Assembly: GCA_964057225.1 (NCBI GenBank)
Contig: OZ059897.1
Span: forward strand, 434,001-498,000
Direction: 5' to 3'
Length of the DNA: 64,000 nucleotides
DNA from: Auanema rhodensis
Lineage: Eukaryota > Animalia > Nematoda
Part shown: in pieces, positions 40,501-53,096 of the stretch
How positions within the stretch are numbered: the stretch's first letter is position 1
Layout: the number at the start of each line of letters is the position of its first letter
Notes under the pieces: generated by a model
Databases searched by the model: none
What the model was told of the DNA's origin: nothing
What the model saw: the letters and a program-made list of their open reading frames with translations, nothing else
Program-made: the position numbers and the translations under genes

Positions 40501-43500
40501 TTTTTTTGTTGAATAACAATGTCCATCGTTTTTGTCTTGAAAAAAGGAATCTAAAAACATCTACTTTTTGTGAAATTATTTTGAAATTTTTCGGGAAAAT
40601 TTTTGTCAAAATGTTTTTGGAAGCAATGTTGAGTGTACATGGAAACTCAACATACACTAATGCATCATTTTTCAAACGATCATAACTAATTTTTGTATTA
40701 AGCTTTTCTTAATGTAGTATAGTGCATTCGATGCGGATTTTTAAGCTGCGTCGATCTGTGTTATCAGATTTGCGCTAGCTTAAAAATGCACCGAGATATC
40801 AACTGATATAAGTTCACACTTATATCCTCGATTTTCACCCTGAAGAATTAATTTTTTTGTTGAATAACAATGTCGATCGTCTTTGTCTTGAAAAAAGGAA
40901 TCTAAAAACATCTACTTTTTGTGAAATTATTTTGAAATTTTTCTGGAAAATTTTTGTCAAAATGTTTTTGGAAGCAATGTTGAGTGTACATGGAAACTCA
41001 ACATACACTAATGCATCATTTTTCAAACGATCATAACTAATTTTTGTATTGAGTGTTTCTTAATGTAGTATAGTGCATTCGATGCGGATTTTTAAGCTGC
41101 GTCGATCTGTGTTATCAGATTTGCGCTAGCTTAAAAATGCACCGAGATATCAACTGATATAGGTTCACACTTATATCCTCGATTTTCACCGTGAAGAATT
41201 AATTTTTTTGTTGAATAACAATGTCCATCGTCTTTGTCTTGAAAAAAGGAATCTAAAAACATCTACTTTTTGTGAAATTATTTTGAAATTTTTCGGGAAA
41301 CTTTTTGTCAAAATGTTTTTGGAAGCAATGTTGAGTGTACATGGAAACTCAACATACACTAATGCATCATTTTTCAAACGATCATAACTAATTTTTGTAT
41401 TGAGCGTTTCTCCATGTAGTATAGTGCATTCGATGCGGATTTTTAAGCTGCGTCGATCTGTGTTATCAGATTTGCGCTAGCTTAAAAATGCACCGAGATA
41501 TCAACTGATATAAGTTCACACTTATATCCTCGCTTTTCACCCTGAAGAATCAATTTTTTTGTTGAATAACAATGTCCATCGTCTTTGTCTTGAAAAAAGG
41601 AATCTAAAAACATCTACTTTTTGTGAAATTATTTTGAAATTTTTCGGGAAACTTTTTGTCAAAATGTTTTTGGAAGCAATGTTGAGTGTACATGGAAACT
41701 CAACATACACTAATGCATCATTTTTCAAACGATCATAACTAATTTTTGTATTAAGCGTTTCTCAATGTAGTATAGTGCATTCGATGCGGGTTTTTAAGCT
41801 GCGTCGATCTGTGTTATCAGATTTGAGCTGGCTTGAAGATGCACCGAGATATCAACTGATAAAGGTTCACACTTATATCCTCGATTTTCACCGTGAAGAA
41901 TTAATTTTTTTGTTGAATAACAATGTCCATCGTCTTTGTCTTGAAAACAGAAATCTGAAAACATCTACTTTTTGTGAAATTATTTTGAAATTTTTCGGGA
42001 AACTTTTCTCAAAATGTTTTTGGAAGCAATGTTGAGTGTACATGGAAACTCAACATACACTAATGCATCATTTTTCAAACGATCATAACTAATTTTTGTA
42101 TTGAGCGTTTCTTAATGTAGTATAGTGCATTCGATGCGGATTTTTAAGCTGGGTCGATCTGTGTTATCAGATTTGCGCTAGCTTAAAAATGCACCGAGAT
42201 ATCAACTGATATAGGTTCACATTTATATCCTCGATTTTCACCGTGAAGAATTAATTTTTTTGTTGAATAACAATGTCCATCGTTTTTGTCTTGAAAAAAG
42301 GAATCTAAAAACATCTACTTTTTGTGAAATTATTTTGAAATTTTTCGGGAAAATTTTTGTCAAAATGTTTTTGGAAGCAATGTTGAGTGTACATGGAAAC
42401 TCAACATACACTAATGCATCATTTTTCAAACGATCATAACTAATTTTTGTATTAAGCTTTTCTTAATGTAGTATAGTGCATTCGATGCGGATTTTTAAGC
42501 TGCGTCGATCTGTGTTATCAGATTTGCGCTAGCTTAAAAATGCACCGAGATATCAACTGATATAAGTTCACACTTATATCCTCGATTTTCACCCTGAAGA
42601 ATTAATTTTTTTGTTGAATAACAATGTCCATCGTCTTTGTCTTAAAAAAAGGAATCTAAAAACATCTACTTTTTGTGAAATTATTTTGAAATTTTTCGGG
42701 AAAATTTTTGTCAAAATGTTTTTGGAAGCAATGTTGAGTGTACATGGAAACTCAACATACACTAATGCATCATTTTTCAAACGATCATAACTAATTTTTG
42801 TATCAAGCGTTTCTAAATGTAGTATAGTGCATTCGATGCGGATTTTTAAGCTGCGTCGATCTGTGTTATCAGATTTGCGCTAGCTTAAAAATGCACCGAG
42901 ATATCAACTGATATAAGTTCACACTTATATCCTCGATTTTCACCCTGAAGAATTAATTTTTTTGTTGAATAACAATGTCCATCGTCTTTGTCTTAAAAAA
43001 AGGAATCTAAAAACATCTACTTTTTGTGAAATTATTTTGAAATTTTTCGGGAAAATTTTTGTCAAAATGTTTTTGGAAGCAATGTTGAGTGTACATGGAA
43101 ACTCAACATACACTAATGCATCATTTTTCAAACCATCATAACTAATTTTTGTATTAAGCTTTTCTTAATGTAGTATAGTGCATTCGATGCGGATTTTTAA
43201 GCTGCGTCGATCTGTGTTATCAGATTTGCGCTAGCTTAAAAATGCACCGAGATATCAACTGATATAAGTTCACACATATATCCTCGTTTTTCACCCTGAA
43301 GAATTAATTTTTTTGTTGAATAACAATGTCCATCGTCTTTGTCTTGAAAAAAAGAATCTAAAAACATCTACTTTTTGTGAAATTATTTTGAAATTTTTCG
43401 GGAAAAGTTTTGTCAAAATGTTTTTGGAAGCAATGTTGAGTGTACATGGAAACTCAACATACACTAATGCATCATTTTTCAAACGATCATAACTAATTTT

Positions 43501-45628
43501 TGTATTGAGCGTTTCTTAATGTAGTATAGTGCATTCGATGCGGATTTTTAAGCTGGGTCGATCTGTGTTATCAGATTTGCGCTAGCTTAAAAATGCACCG
43601 AGATATCAACTGATATAGGTTCACATTTATATCCTCGATTTTCACCGTGAAGAATTAATTTTTTTGTTGAATAACAATGTCCATCGTCTTTGTCTTGAAA
43701 AAAGTAATCTAAAAACATCTACTTTTTGTGAAATTATTTTGAAATTTTTCGGGAAACTTTTTGTCAAAATGTTTTTGGAAGCAATGTTGAGTGTACATGG
43801 AAACTCAACATACACTAATGCATCATTTTTCAAACGATCATAACTAATTTTTGTATTGAGTGTTTCTTAATGTAGTATAGTGCATTCGATGCGGATTTTT
43901 AAGCTGCGTCGATCTGTGTTATCATATTTGCGCTAGCTTTAAAATACACCGAGATATCAACTGATATAAGTTCACACTTATATCCTCGATTTTCACCCTG
44001 AAGAATTAATTTTTTTGTTGAATAACAATGTCCATCGTCTTTGTCTTGAAAAAAGGAATCTAAAAACATCTACTTTTTGTGAAATTATTTTGAAATTTTT
44101 CGGGAAACTTTTTGTCAAAATGTTTTTGGAAGCAATGTTGAGTGTACATGGAAACTCAACATACACTAATGCATCATTTTTCAAACGATCATAACTAATT
44201 TTTGTATTGAGCGTTTCTTAATGTAGTATAGTGCATTCGATGCGGATTTTTAAGCTGGGTCGATCTGTGTTATCAGATTTGCGCTAGCTTAAAAATGCAC
44301 CGAGATATCAACTGATATAAGTTCACACTTATATCCTCGATTTTCACCCTGAAGAATTAATTTTTTTGTTGAATAACAATGTCCATCGTCTTTGTCTTGA
44401 AAAAAGGAATCTAAAAACATCTACTTTTTGTGAAATTATTTTGAAATTTTTCGGGAAAATTTTTGTCAAAATGTTTTTGGAAGCAATGTTGAGTGTACAT
44501 GGAAACTCAACATACACTAATGCATCATTTTTCAAACGATCATAACTAATTTTTGTATTGAGCGTTTCTCCATGTAGTATAGTGCATTCGATGCGGATTT
44601 TTAAGCTGCGTCGATCTGTGTTATCAGATTTGCGCTAGCTTGAAAATGCACCGAGATATCAACTGATATAGGTTCACACTTATATCCTCGATTTTCACCG
44701 TGAAGAATTAATTTTTTTGTTGAATAACAATGTCCATCGTCTTTGTCTTGAAAAAAGGAATCTAAAAACATCTACTTTTTGTGAAATTATTTTGAAATTT
44801 TTCGGGAAAATTTTTGTCAAAATGTTTTTGGAAGCAATGTTGAGTGTACATGGAAACTCAACATACACTAATGCATCATTTTTCAAACGATCATAACTAA
44901 TTTTTGTATTAAGCTTTTCTTAATGTAGTATAGTGCATTCGATGCGGATTTTTAAGCTGCGTCGATCTGTGTTATCAGATTTGCGCTAGCTTAAAAATGC
45001 ACCGAGATATCAACTGATATAAGTTCACACATATATCCTCGATTTTCACCCTGAAGAATTAATTTTTTTGTTGAATAACAATGTCCATCGTCTTTGTTTT
45101 GAAAAAAGGAATCTAAAAACATCTACTTTTTGTGAAATTATTTTGAAATTTTTCGGGAAAATTTTTGTCAAAATGTTTTTGGAAGCAATGTTGAGTGTAC
45201 ATGGAAACTCAACATACACTAATGCATCATTTTTCAAACGATCATAACTAATTTTTGTATTGAGCGTTTCTTAATGTAGTATAGTGCATTCGATGCGGAT
45301 TTTTAAGCTGGGTCGATCTGTGTTATCAGATTTGCGCTAGCTTAAAAATGCACCGAGATATCAACTGATATAGGTTCACATTTATATCCTCGATTTTCAC
45401 CGTGAAGAATTAATTTTTTTGTTGAATAACAATGTCCATCGTCTTTGTCTTGAAAAAAGGAATCTAAAAACATCTACTTTTTGTGAAATTATTTTGAAAT
45501 TTTTCGGGAAACTTTTTGTCAAAATGTTTTTGGAAGCAATGTTGAGTGTACATGGAAACTCAACATACACTAATGCATCATTTTTCAAACGATCATAACT
45601 AATTTTTGTATTGAGCGTTTCTTAATGT

Positions 45629-48600
45629 AGTATAGTGCATTCGATGCGGATTTTTAAGCTGGGTCGATCTGTGTTATCAGATTTGCGCTAGCTTAAAAAT
45701 GCACCGAGATATCAACTGATATAAGTTCACACTTATATCCTCGATTTTCACCCTGAAGAATTAATTTTTTTGTTGAATAACAATGTCCATCGTCTTTGTC
45801 TTGAAAAAAGGAATCTAAAAACATCTACTTTTTGTGAAATTATTTTGAAATTTTTCGGGAAACTTTTTGTCAAAATGTTTTTGGAAGCAATGTTGAGTGT
45901 ACATGGAAACTCAACATACACTAATGCATCATTTTTCAAACGATCATAACTAATTTTTGTATTGAGCGTTTCTTAATGTAGTATAGTGCATTCGATGCGG
46001 ATTTTTAAGCTGGGTCGATCTGTGTTATCAGATTTGCGCTAGCTTAAAAATGCACCGAGATATCAACTGATATAGGTTCACACATATATCCTCGATTTTC
46101 ACCGTGAAGAATTAATTTTTTTGTTGAATAACAATGTCCATCGTCTTTGTCTTGAAAAAAGGAATCTAAAAACATCTACTTTTTGTGAAATTATTTTGAA
46201 ATTTTTCGGGAAAATTTTTGTCAAAATGTTTTTGGAAGCATTGTTGAGTGTACATGGAAACTCAACATACACTAATGCATCATTTTTCAAACGATCATAA
46301 CTAATTTTTGTATTGAGCTTTTCTTAATGTAGTATAGTGCATTCGATGCGGATTTTTAAGCTGCGTCGATCTGTGTTATCAGATTTGCGCTAGCTTGAAA
46401 ATGCACCGAGATATCAACTGATATAGGTTCACACTTATATCCTCGATTTTCACCGTGAAGAATTAATTTTTTTGTTGAATAACAATGTCCATCGTCTTTG
46501 TCTTGAAAAAAGGAATCTAAAAACATCTACTTTTTGTGAAATTATTTTGAAATTTTTCGGGAAAATTTTTGTCAAAATGTTTTTGGAAGCAATGTTGAGT
46601 GTACATGGAAACTCAACATACACTAATGCATCATTTTTCAAACGATCATAACTAATTTTTGTATTAAGCTTTTCTTAATGTAGTATAGTGCATTCGATGC
46701 GGATTTTTAAGCTGCGTCGATCTGTGTTATCAGATTTGCGCTAGCTTAAAAATGCACCGAGATATCAACTGATATAAGTTCACACTTATATCCTCGATTT
46801 TCACCCTGAAGAATTAATTTTTTTGTTGAATAACAATGTCCATCGTCTTTGTCTTGAAAAAAGGAATCTAAAAACATCTACTTTTTGTGAAATTATTTTG
46901 AAATTTTTCGGGAAAATTTTTGTCAAAATGTTTTTGGAAGCATTGTTGAGTGTACATGGAAACTCAACATACACTAATGCATCATTTTTCAAACGATCAT
47001 AACTAATTTTTGTATTGAGCGTTTCTTAATGTAGTATAGTGCATTCGATGCGGATTTTTAAGCTGGGTCGATCTGTGTTATCAGATTTGCGCTAACTTAA
47101 AAATGCACCGAGATATCAACTGATATAAGTTCACACTTATATCCTCGATTTTCACCCTGAAGAATTAATTTTTTTGTTGAATAACAATGTCCATCGTCTT
47201 TGTCTTGAAAAAAGGAATCTAAAAACATCTACTTTTTGTGAAATTATTTTGAAATTTTTCGGGAAACTTTTTGTCAAAATGTTTTTGGAAGCAATGTTGA
47301 GTGTACATGGAAACTCAACATACACTAATGCATCATTTTTCAAACGATCATAACTAATTTTTGTATTGAGCGTTTCTTAATGTAGTATAGTGCATTCGAT
47401 GCGGATTTTTAAGCTGGGTCGATCTGTGTTATCAGATTTGCGCTAGCTTAAAAATGCACCGAGATATCAACTGATATAAGTTCACACATATATCCTCGAT
47501 TTTCACCCTGAAGAATTAATTTTTTTGTTGAATAACAATGTCCATCGTCTTTGTCTTGAAAAAAGGAATCTAAAAACATCTACTTTTTGTGAAATTATTT
47601 TGAAATTTTTCGGGAAAATTTTTGTCAAAATGTTTTTGGAAGCAATGTTGAGTGTACATGGAAACTCAACATACACTAATGCATCATTTTTCAAACGATC
47701 ATAACTAATTTTTGTATTGAGCGTTTCTTAATGTAGTATAGTGCATTCGATGCGGATTTTTAAGCTGGGTCGATCTGTGTTATCAGATTTGCGCTAGCTT
47801 AAAAATGCACCGAGATATCAACTGATATAGGTTCACATTTATATCCTCGATTTTCACCCTGAAGAATTAATTTTTTTGTTGAATAACAATGTCCATCGTC
47901 TTTGTCTTGAAAAAAGGAATCTAAAAACATCTACTTTTTGTGAAATTATTTTGAAATTTTTCGGGAAACTTTTTGTCAAAATGTTTTTGGAAGCAATGTT
48001 GAGTGTACATGGAAACTCAACATACACTAATGCATCATTTTTCAAACGATCATAACTAATTTTTGTATTGAGCGTTTCTTAATGTAGTATAGTGCATTCG
48101 ATGCGGATTTTTAAGCTGGGTCGATCTGTGTTATCAGATTTGCGCTAGCTTAAAAATGCACCGAGATATCAACTGATATAGGTTCACACATATATCCTCG
48201 ATTTTCACCGTGAAGAATTAATTTTTTTGTTGAATAACAATGTCCATCGTCTTTGTCTTGAAAAAAGGAATCTAAAAACATCTACTTTTTGTGAAATTAT
48301 TTTGAAATTTTTCGGGAAAATTTTTGTCAAAATGTTTTTGGAAGCATTGTTGAGTGTACATGGAAACTCAACATACACTAATGCATCATTTTTCAAACGA
48401 TCATAACTAATTTTTGTATTGAGCTTTTCTTAATGTAGTATAGTGCATTCGATGCGGATTTTTAAGCTGCGTCGATCTGTGTTATCAGATTTGCGCTAGC
48501 TTGAAAATGCACCGAGATATCAACTGATATAGGTTCACACTTATATCCTCGATTTTCACCGTGAAGAATTAATTTTTTTGTTGAATAACAATGTCCATCG

Positions 48601-49840
48601 TCTTTGTCTTGAAAAAAGGAATCTAAAAACATCTACTTTTTGTGAAATTATTTTGAAATTTTTCGGGAAAATTTTTGTCAAAATGTTTTTGGAAGCAATG
48701 TTGAGTGTACATGGAAACTCAACATACACTAATGCATCATTTTTCAAACGATCATAACTAATTTTTGTATTAAGCTTTTCTTAATGTAGTATAGTGCATT
48801 CGATGCGGATTTTTAAGCTGCGTCGATCTGTGTTATCAGATTTGCGCTAGCTTAAAAATGCACCGAGATATCAACTGATATAAGTTCACACTTATATCCT
48901 CGATTTTCACCCTGAAGAATTAATTTTTTTGTTGAATAACAATGTCCATCGTCTTTGTCTTGAAAAAAGGAATCTAAAAACATCTACTTTTTGTGAAATT
49001 ATTTTGAAATTTTTCGGGAAAATTTTTGTCAAAATGTTTTTGGAAGCATTGTTGAGTGTACATGGAAACTCAACATACACTAATGCATCATTTTTCAAAC
49101 GATCATAACTAATTTTTGTATTGAGCGTTTCTTAATGTAGTATAGTGCATTCGATGCGGATTTTTAAGCTGGGTCGATCTGTGTTATCAGATTTGCGCTA
49201 ACTTAAAAATGCACCGAGATATCAACTGATATAAGTTCACACTTATATCCTCGATTTTCACCCTGAAGAATTAATTTTTTTGTTGAATAACAATGTCCAT
49301 CGTCTTTGTCTTGAAAAAAGGAATCTAAAAACATCTACTTTTTGTGAAATTATTTTGAAATTTTTCGGGAAACTTTTTGTCAAAATGTTTTTGGAAGCAA
49401 TGTTGAGTGTACATGGAAACTCAACATACACTAATGCATCATTTTTCAAACGATCATAACTAATTTTTGTATTGAGCGTTTCTTAATGTAGTATAGTGCA
49501 TTCGATGCGGATTTTTAAGCTGGGTCGATCTGTGTTATCAGATTTGCGCTAGCTTAAAAATGCACCGAGATATCAACTGATATAAGTTCACACATATATC
49601 CTCGATTTTCACCCTGAAGAATTAATTTTTTTGTTGAATAACAATGTCCATCGTCTTTGTCTTGAAAAAAGGAATCTAAAAACATCTACTTTTTGTGAAA
49701 TTATTTTGAAATTTTTCGGGAAAATTTTTGTCAAAATGTTTTTGGAAGCAATGTTGAGTGTACATGGAAACTCAACATACACTAATGCATCATTTTTCAA
49801 ACGATCATAACTAATTTTTGTATTGAGCGTTTCTTAATGT
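45629..49840. repeat. SatA tandem 6-monomer duplication (2106-bp offset)
   Basis: ORF variants at 45748-47503 repeat at 47854-49609. Allele gctaactt occurs at 47095 and 49201. Confidence 0.88.
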
Positions 49841-50698
49841 AGTATAGTGCATTCGATGCGGATTTTTAAGCTGGGTCGATCTGTGTTATCAGATTTGCGC
49901 TAGCTTAAAAATGCACCGAGATATCAACTGATATAGGTTCACATTTATATCCTCGATTTTCACCGTGAAGAATTAATTTTTTTGTTGAATAACAATGTCC
50001 ATCGTCTTTGTCTTGAAAAAAGGAATCTAAAAACATCTACTTTTTGTGAAATTATTTTGAAATTTTTCGGGAAACTTTTTGTCAAAATGTTTTTGGAAGC
50101 AATGTTGAGTGTACATGGAAACTCAACATACACTAATGCATCATTTTTGAAACGATCATAACTAATTTTTGTATTAAGCTTTTATTAATGTATTAAAGTG
50201 CATTCGATGCGGATTTTTAAGCTGGGTCGATCTGTGTTATCAGATTTGCGCTAGCTTAAAAATGCACCGAGATATCAACTGATATAGGTTCACATTTATA
50301 TCCTCGATTTTCACCGTGAAGAATCAATTTTTTTGTTGAATAACAATGTCCATCGTCTTTGTCTTGAAAAAAGTAATCTAAAAACATCTACTTTTTGTGA
50401 AATTATTTTGAAATTTTTCGGGAAACTTTTTGTCAAAATGTTTTTGGAAGCAATGTTGAGTGTACATGGAAACTCAACATACACTAATGCATCATTTTTC
50501 AAACGATCATAACTAATTTTTGTATTGAGCGTTTCTTAATGTAGTATAGTGCATTCGATGCGGATTTTTAAGCTGGGTCGATCTGTGTTATCAGATTTGC
50601 GCTAGCTTAAAAATGCACCGAGATATCAACTGATATAGGTTCACATTTATATCCTCGATTTTCACCGTGAAGAATTAATTTTTTTGTTGAATAACAAT

Positions 50699-50727
50699 TA
50701 TCATACAAACAATAACAAAATAACAAC
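50699..50727. other. 29-bp junction filler between SatA and SatB, composed of short copies of flanking sequence
   Basis: tatcatacaaacaataacaaaataacaac parses as tatc + atacaaa + c + aataacaa + aataacaa + c. It matches neither consensus colinearly. Confidence 0.9.
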
Positions 50728-53096
50728 AAATTATCAAGAGATGTACAAAATATACTAGAGTAAAATATTATTTATTCCATGAACATGATACGAAAGAAAG
50801 TTATAACAAGTCATGGTAAAATCAAGTATTAAAAACAAAAAAAAGTATCAAGAAGCATCTTCAGTAGGAAAACATGAAGAAATTTTAACAAATACACAGA
50901 AGAATGAGAAAATTATCAAGAGATGCATAACGTATTATAGAGTATCAGTAAACATTTAAAATATGAACAGATTTCGAAAAAAGTAATATCATTTCATGGG
51001 GAAGTATTAAAGCAAAGAAGAAGTATCAAGAAGGATTTTCAATAAGAAAACATGAAGAAATTTCAACAAATACAAATAAGAATGAGAAAATTATCAAGAG
51101 ATATATAACGTACTATAGAGTATCAGTAAACATTTTAAATATGAACAGGTTTCAAAAAAAGTTATAACAAGTCATGGTAAAATCAAGTTTTAAAAGCAAA
51201 GAAGAAGTATCAAGAAGGATTTTCAGTAAGAAAACATGAAGAAATTTTAACAAATACAAAAAAGAATGAGAAAATTATCGAAAGATGCATAACATATTAT
51301 AGAGTATCAGTAAACATTTGGAATATGAACAGGTTTCAGAAAAAGTTATAACAAGTCATGGTAAAATCAAGTTTTAAAAGCAAAGAAGAAGTATCAAGAA
51401 GGATTTTCAGTAAGAAAACATGAAGAAATTTTAACAAATACAAAGAAGAATGAAAAAATTATCAAGAGATGCATAACGTATTATAGAGTATCAGTAAACA
51501 TTTAAAATATGAACAGATTTCGAAAAAAGTAATATCATTTCATGGGGAAGTATTAAAAGCAAAGAAGAAGTATCAAGAAGGATTTTCAATAAGAAAACAT
51601 GAAGAAATTTCAACAAATACAAATAAGAATGAGAAAATTATCAAAAGATATATAACGTACTATAGAGTATCAGTAAACATTTAAAATATGAACAGATTTC
51701 GAAAAAAGTAATATCATTTCATGGGGAAGTTTTAAAAGCAAAGAAGAAGTATCAAGAAGGATTTTCAGTAAGAAAACATGAAGAAATTTTAACAAATACA
51801 AAAAAGAATGAGAAAATTATCGAAAGATGCATAACATATTATAGAGTATCAGTAAACATTTTAAATATGAACAGGTTTCAAAAAAAGTTATAACAAGTCA
51901 TGGTAAAATCAAGTTTTAAAAGCAAAGAAGAAGTATCAAGAAGGATTTTCAGTAAGAAAACATGAAGAAATTTTAACAAATACAAAGAAGAATGAAAAAA
52001 TTATCAAGAGATGCATAACGTATTATAGAGTATCAGTAAACATTTAAAATATGAACAGATTTCGAAAAAAGTAATATCATTTCATGGGGAAGTATTAAAA
52101 GCAAAGAAGAAGTATCAAGAAGGATTTTCAATAAGAAAACATGAAGAAATTTCAACAAATACAAATAAGAATGAGAAAATTATCAAAAGATATATAACGT
52201 ACTATAGAGTATCAGTAAACATTTTAAATATGAACAGGTTTCAAAAAAAGTTATAACAAGTCATGGTAAAATCAAGTTTTAAAAGCAAAGAAGAAGTATC
52301 AACAAGGATTTTCAGTAAGAAAACATGAAGAAATTTTAACAAATACAAAAAAGAATGAGAAAATTATCGAAAGATGCATAACATATTATAGAGTATCAGT
52401 AAACATTTGGAATATGAACAGGTTTCAAAAAAAGTTATAACAAGTCATGGTAAAATCAAGTTTTAAAAGCAAAGAAGAAGTATCAACAAGGATTTTCAGT
52501 AAGAAAACATGAAGAAATTTTAACAAATACAAAAAAGAATGAGAAAATTATCGAAAGATGCATAACATATTATAGAGTATCAGTAAACATTTGGAATATG
52601 AACAGGTTTCAAAAAAAGTTATAACAAGTCATGGTAAAATCAAGTTTTAAAAGCAAAGAAGAAGTATCAAGAAGGATTTTCAGTAAGAAAACATGAAGAA
52701 ATTTTAACAAATACAAAACAGAATGACAAAATTATCGAAAGATGTACAAAGTATACTAGAGTATCAGTAAACATTTAAAATATGAACAGGTTTCAACAAA
52801 AGTAAAATCAAGTCATGATAAAATTAAGTATTAAAAACAAAGAAGAAGTATCAAGAAGGATTTTCAGTAAGAACACATGAAGAAATTTTAACAAATACAA
52901 AGAAGAATGAGAAAATTATCAAGAGATATATAACGTACTATAGAGTATCAGTAAACATTTTAAATATGAACAGGTTTCAAAAAAAGTTATAACAAGTCAT
53001 GGTAAAATCAAGTTTTAAAAGCAAAGAAGAAGTATCAAGAAGGATTTTCAGCAAGAAAACATGAAGAAATTTTAACAAATACAAAGAAGAATGAGA

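Larger units (their letters stand above)
1..50698. repeat. Satellite DNA array A, 351-bp monomer, about 144 tandem copies (continues beyond window start)
   Basis: Monomer begins agtatagtgcattcgatgcggatttttaagctg and recurs at 1, 353, 704, 1055, 1406 and onward. ORF-track hits step by 351 bp throughout. Copies differ by a few substitutions. 352-bp variants carry gatataaagtt; 350-bp variants carry cttttctcaaaa. Hand count of monomer 353-703: A107 T133 G58 C53. The last copy is truncated after gttgaataacaat at 50698. Confidence 0.99.

Noticed and set aside
25633-42035. 86-aa plus-strand ORFs, plus the 62-, 80- and 81-aa ORFs elsewhere in SatA
   Set aside because: They are created by point or 1-bp indel variants of the monomer and use GTG/TTG or incidental starts. 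They are useful only as variant markers.
121-50502. 63-aa minus-strand ORF (MKNDALVYVEFPC...) in most SatA monomers, resembling a huge tandem gene family
   Set aside because: It starts at TTG rather than ATG and has no recognisable domain. Its F/K/N/I-rich composition reflects the A/T tracts. Stop and frameshift alleles are freely amplified, and recurrence only reflects monomer identity.
1-50698. CRISPR-like array (28-bp palindrome at regular spacing)
   Set aside because: The intervening ~320 bp are near-identical between units rather than unique spacers, and there are no cas genes.
50600-50900. SatA as a dimer or relative of SatB; transposon end or telomeric repeat at the junction
   Set aside because: I found no alignable similarity beyond short A/T words on either strand, and no terminal inverted repeat, target-site duplication or telomere motif.
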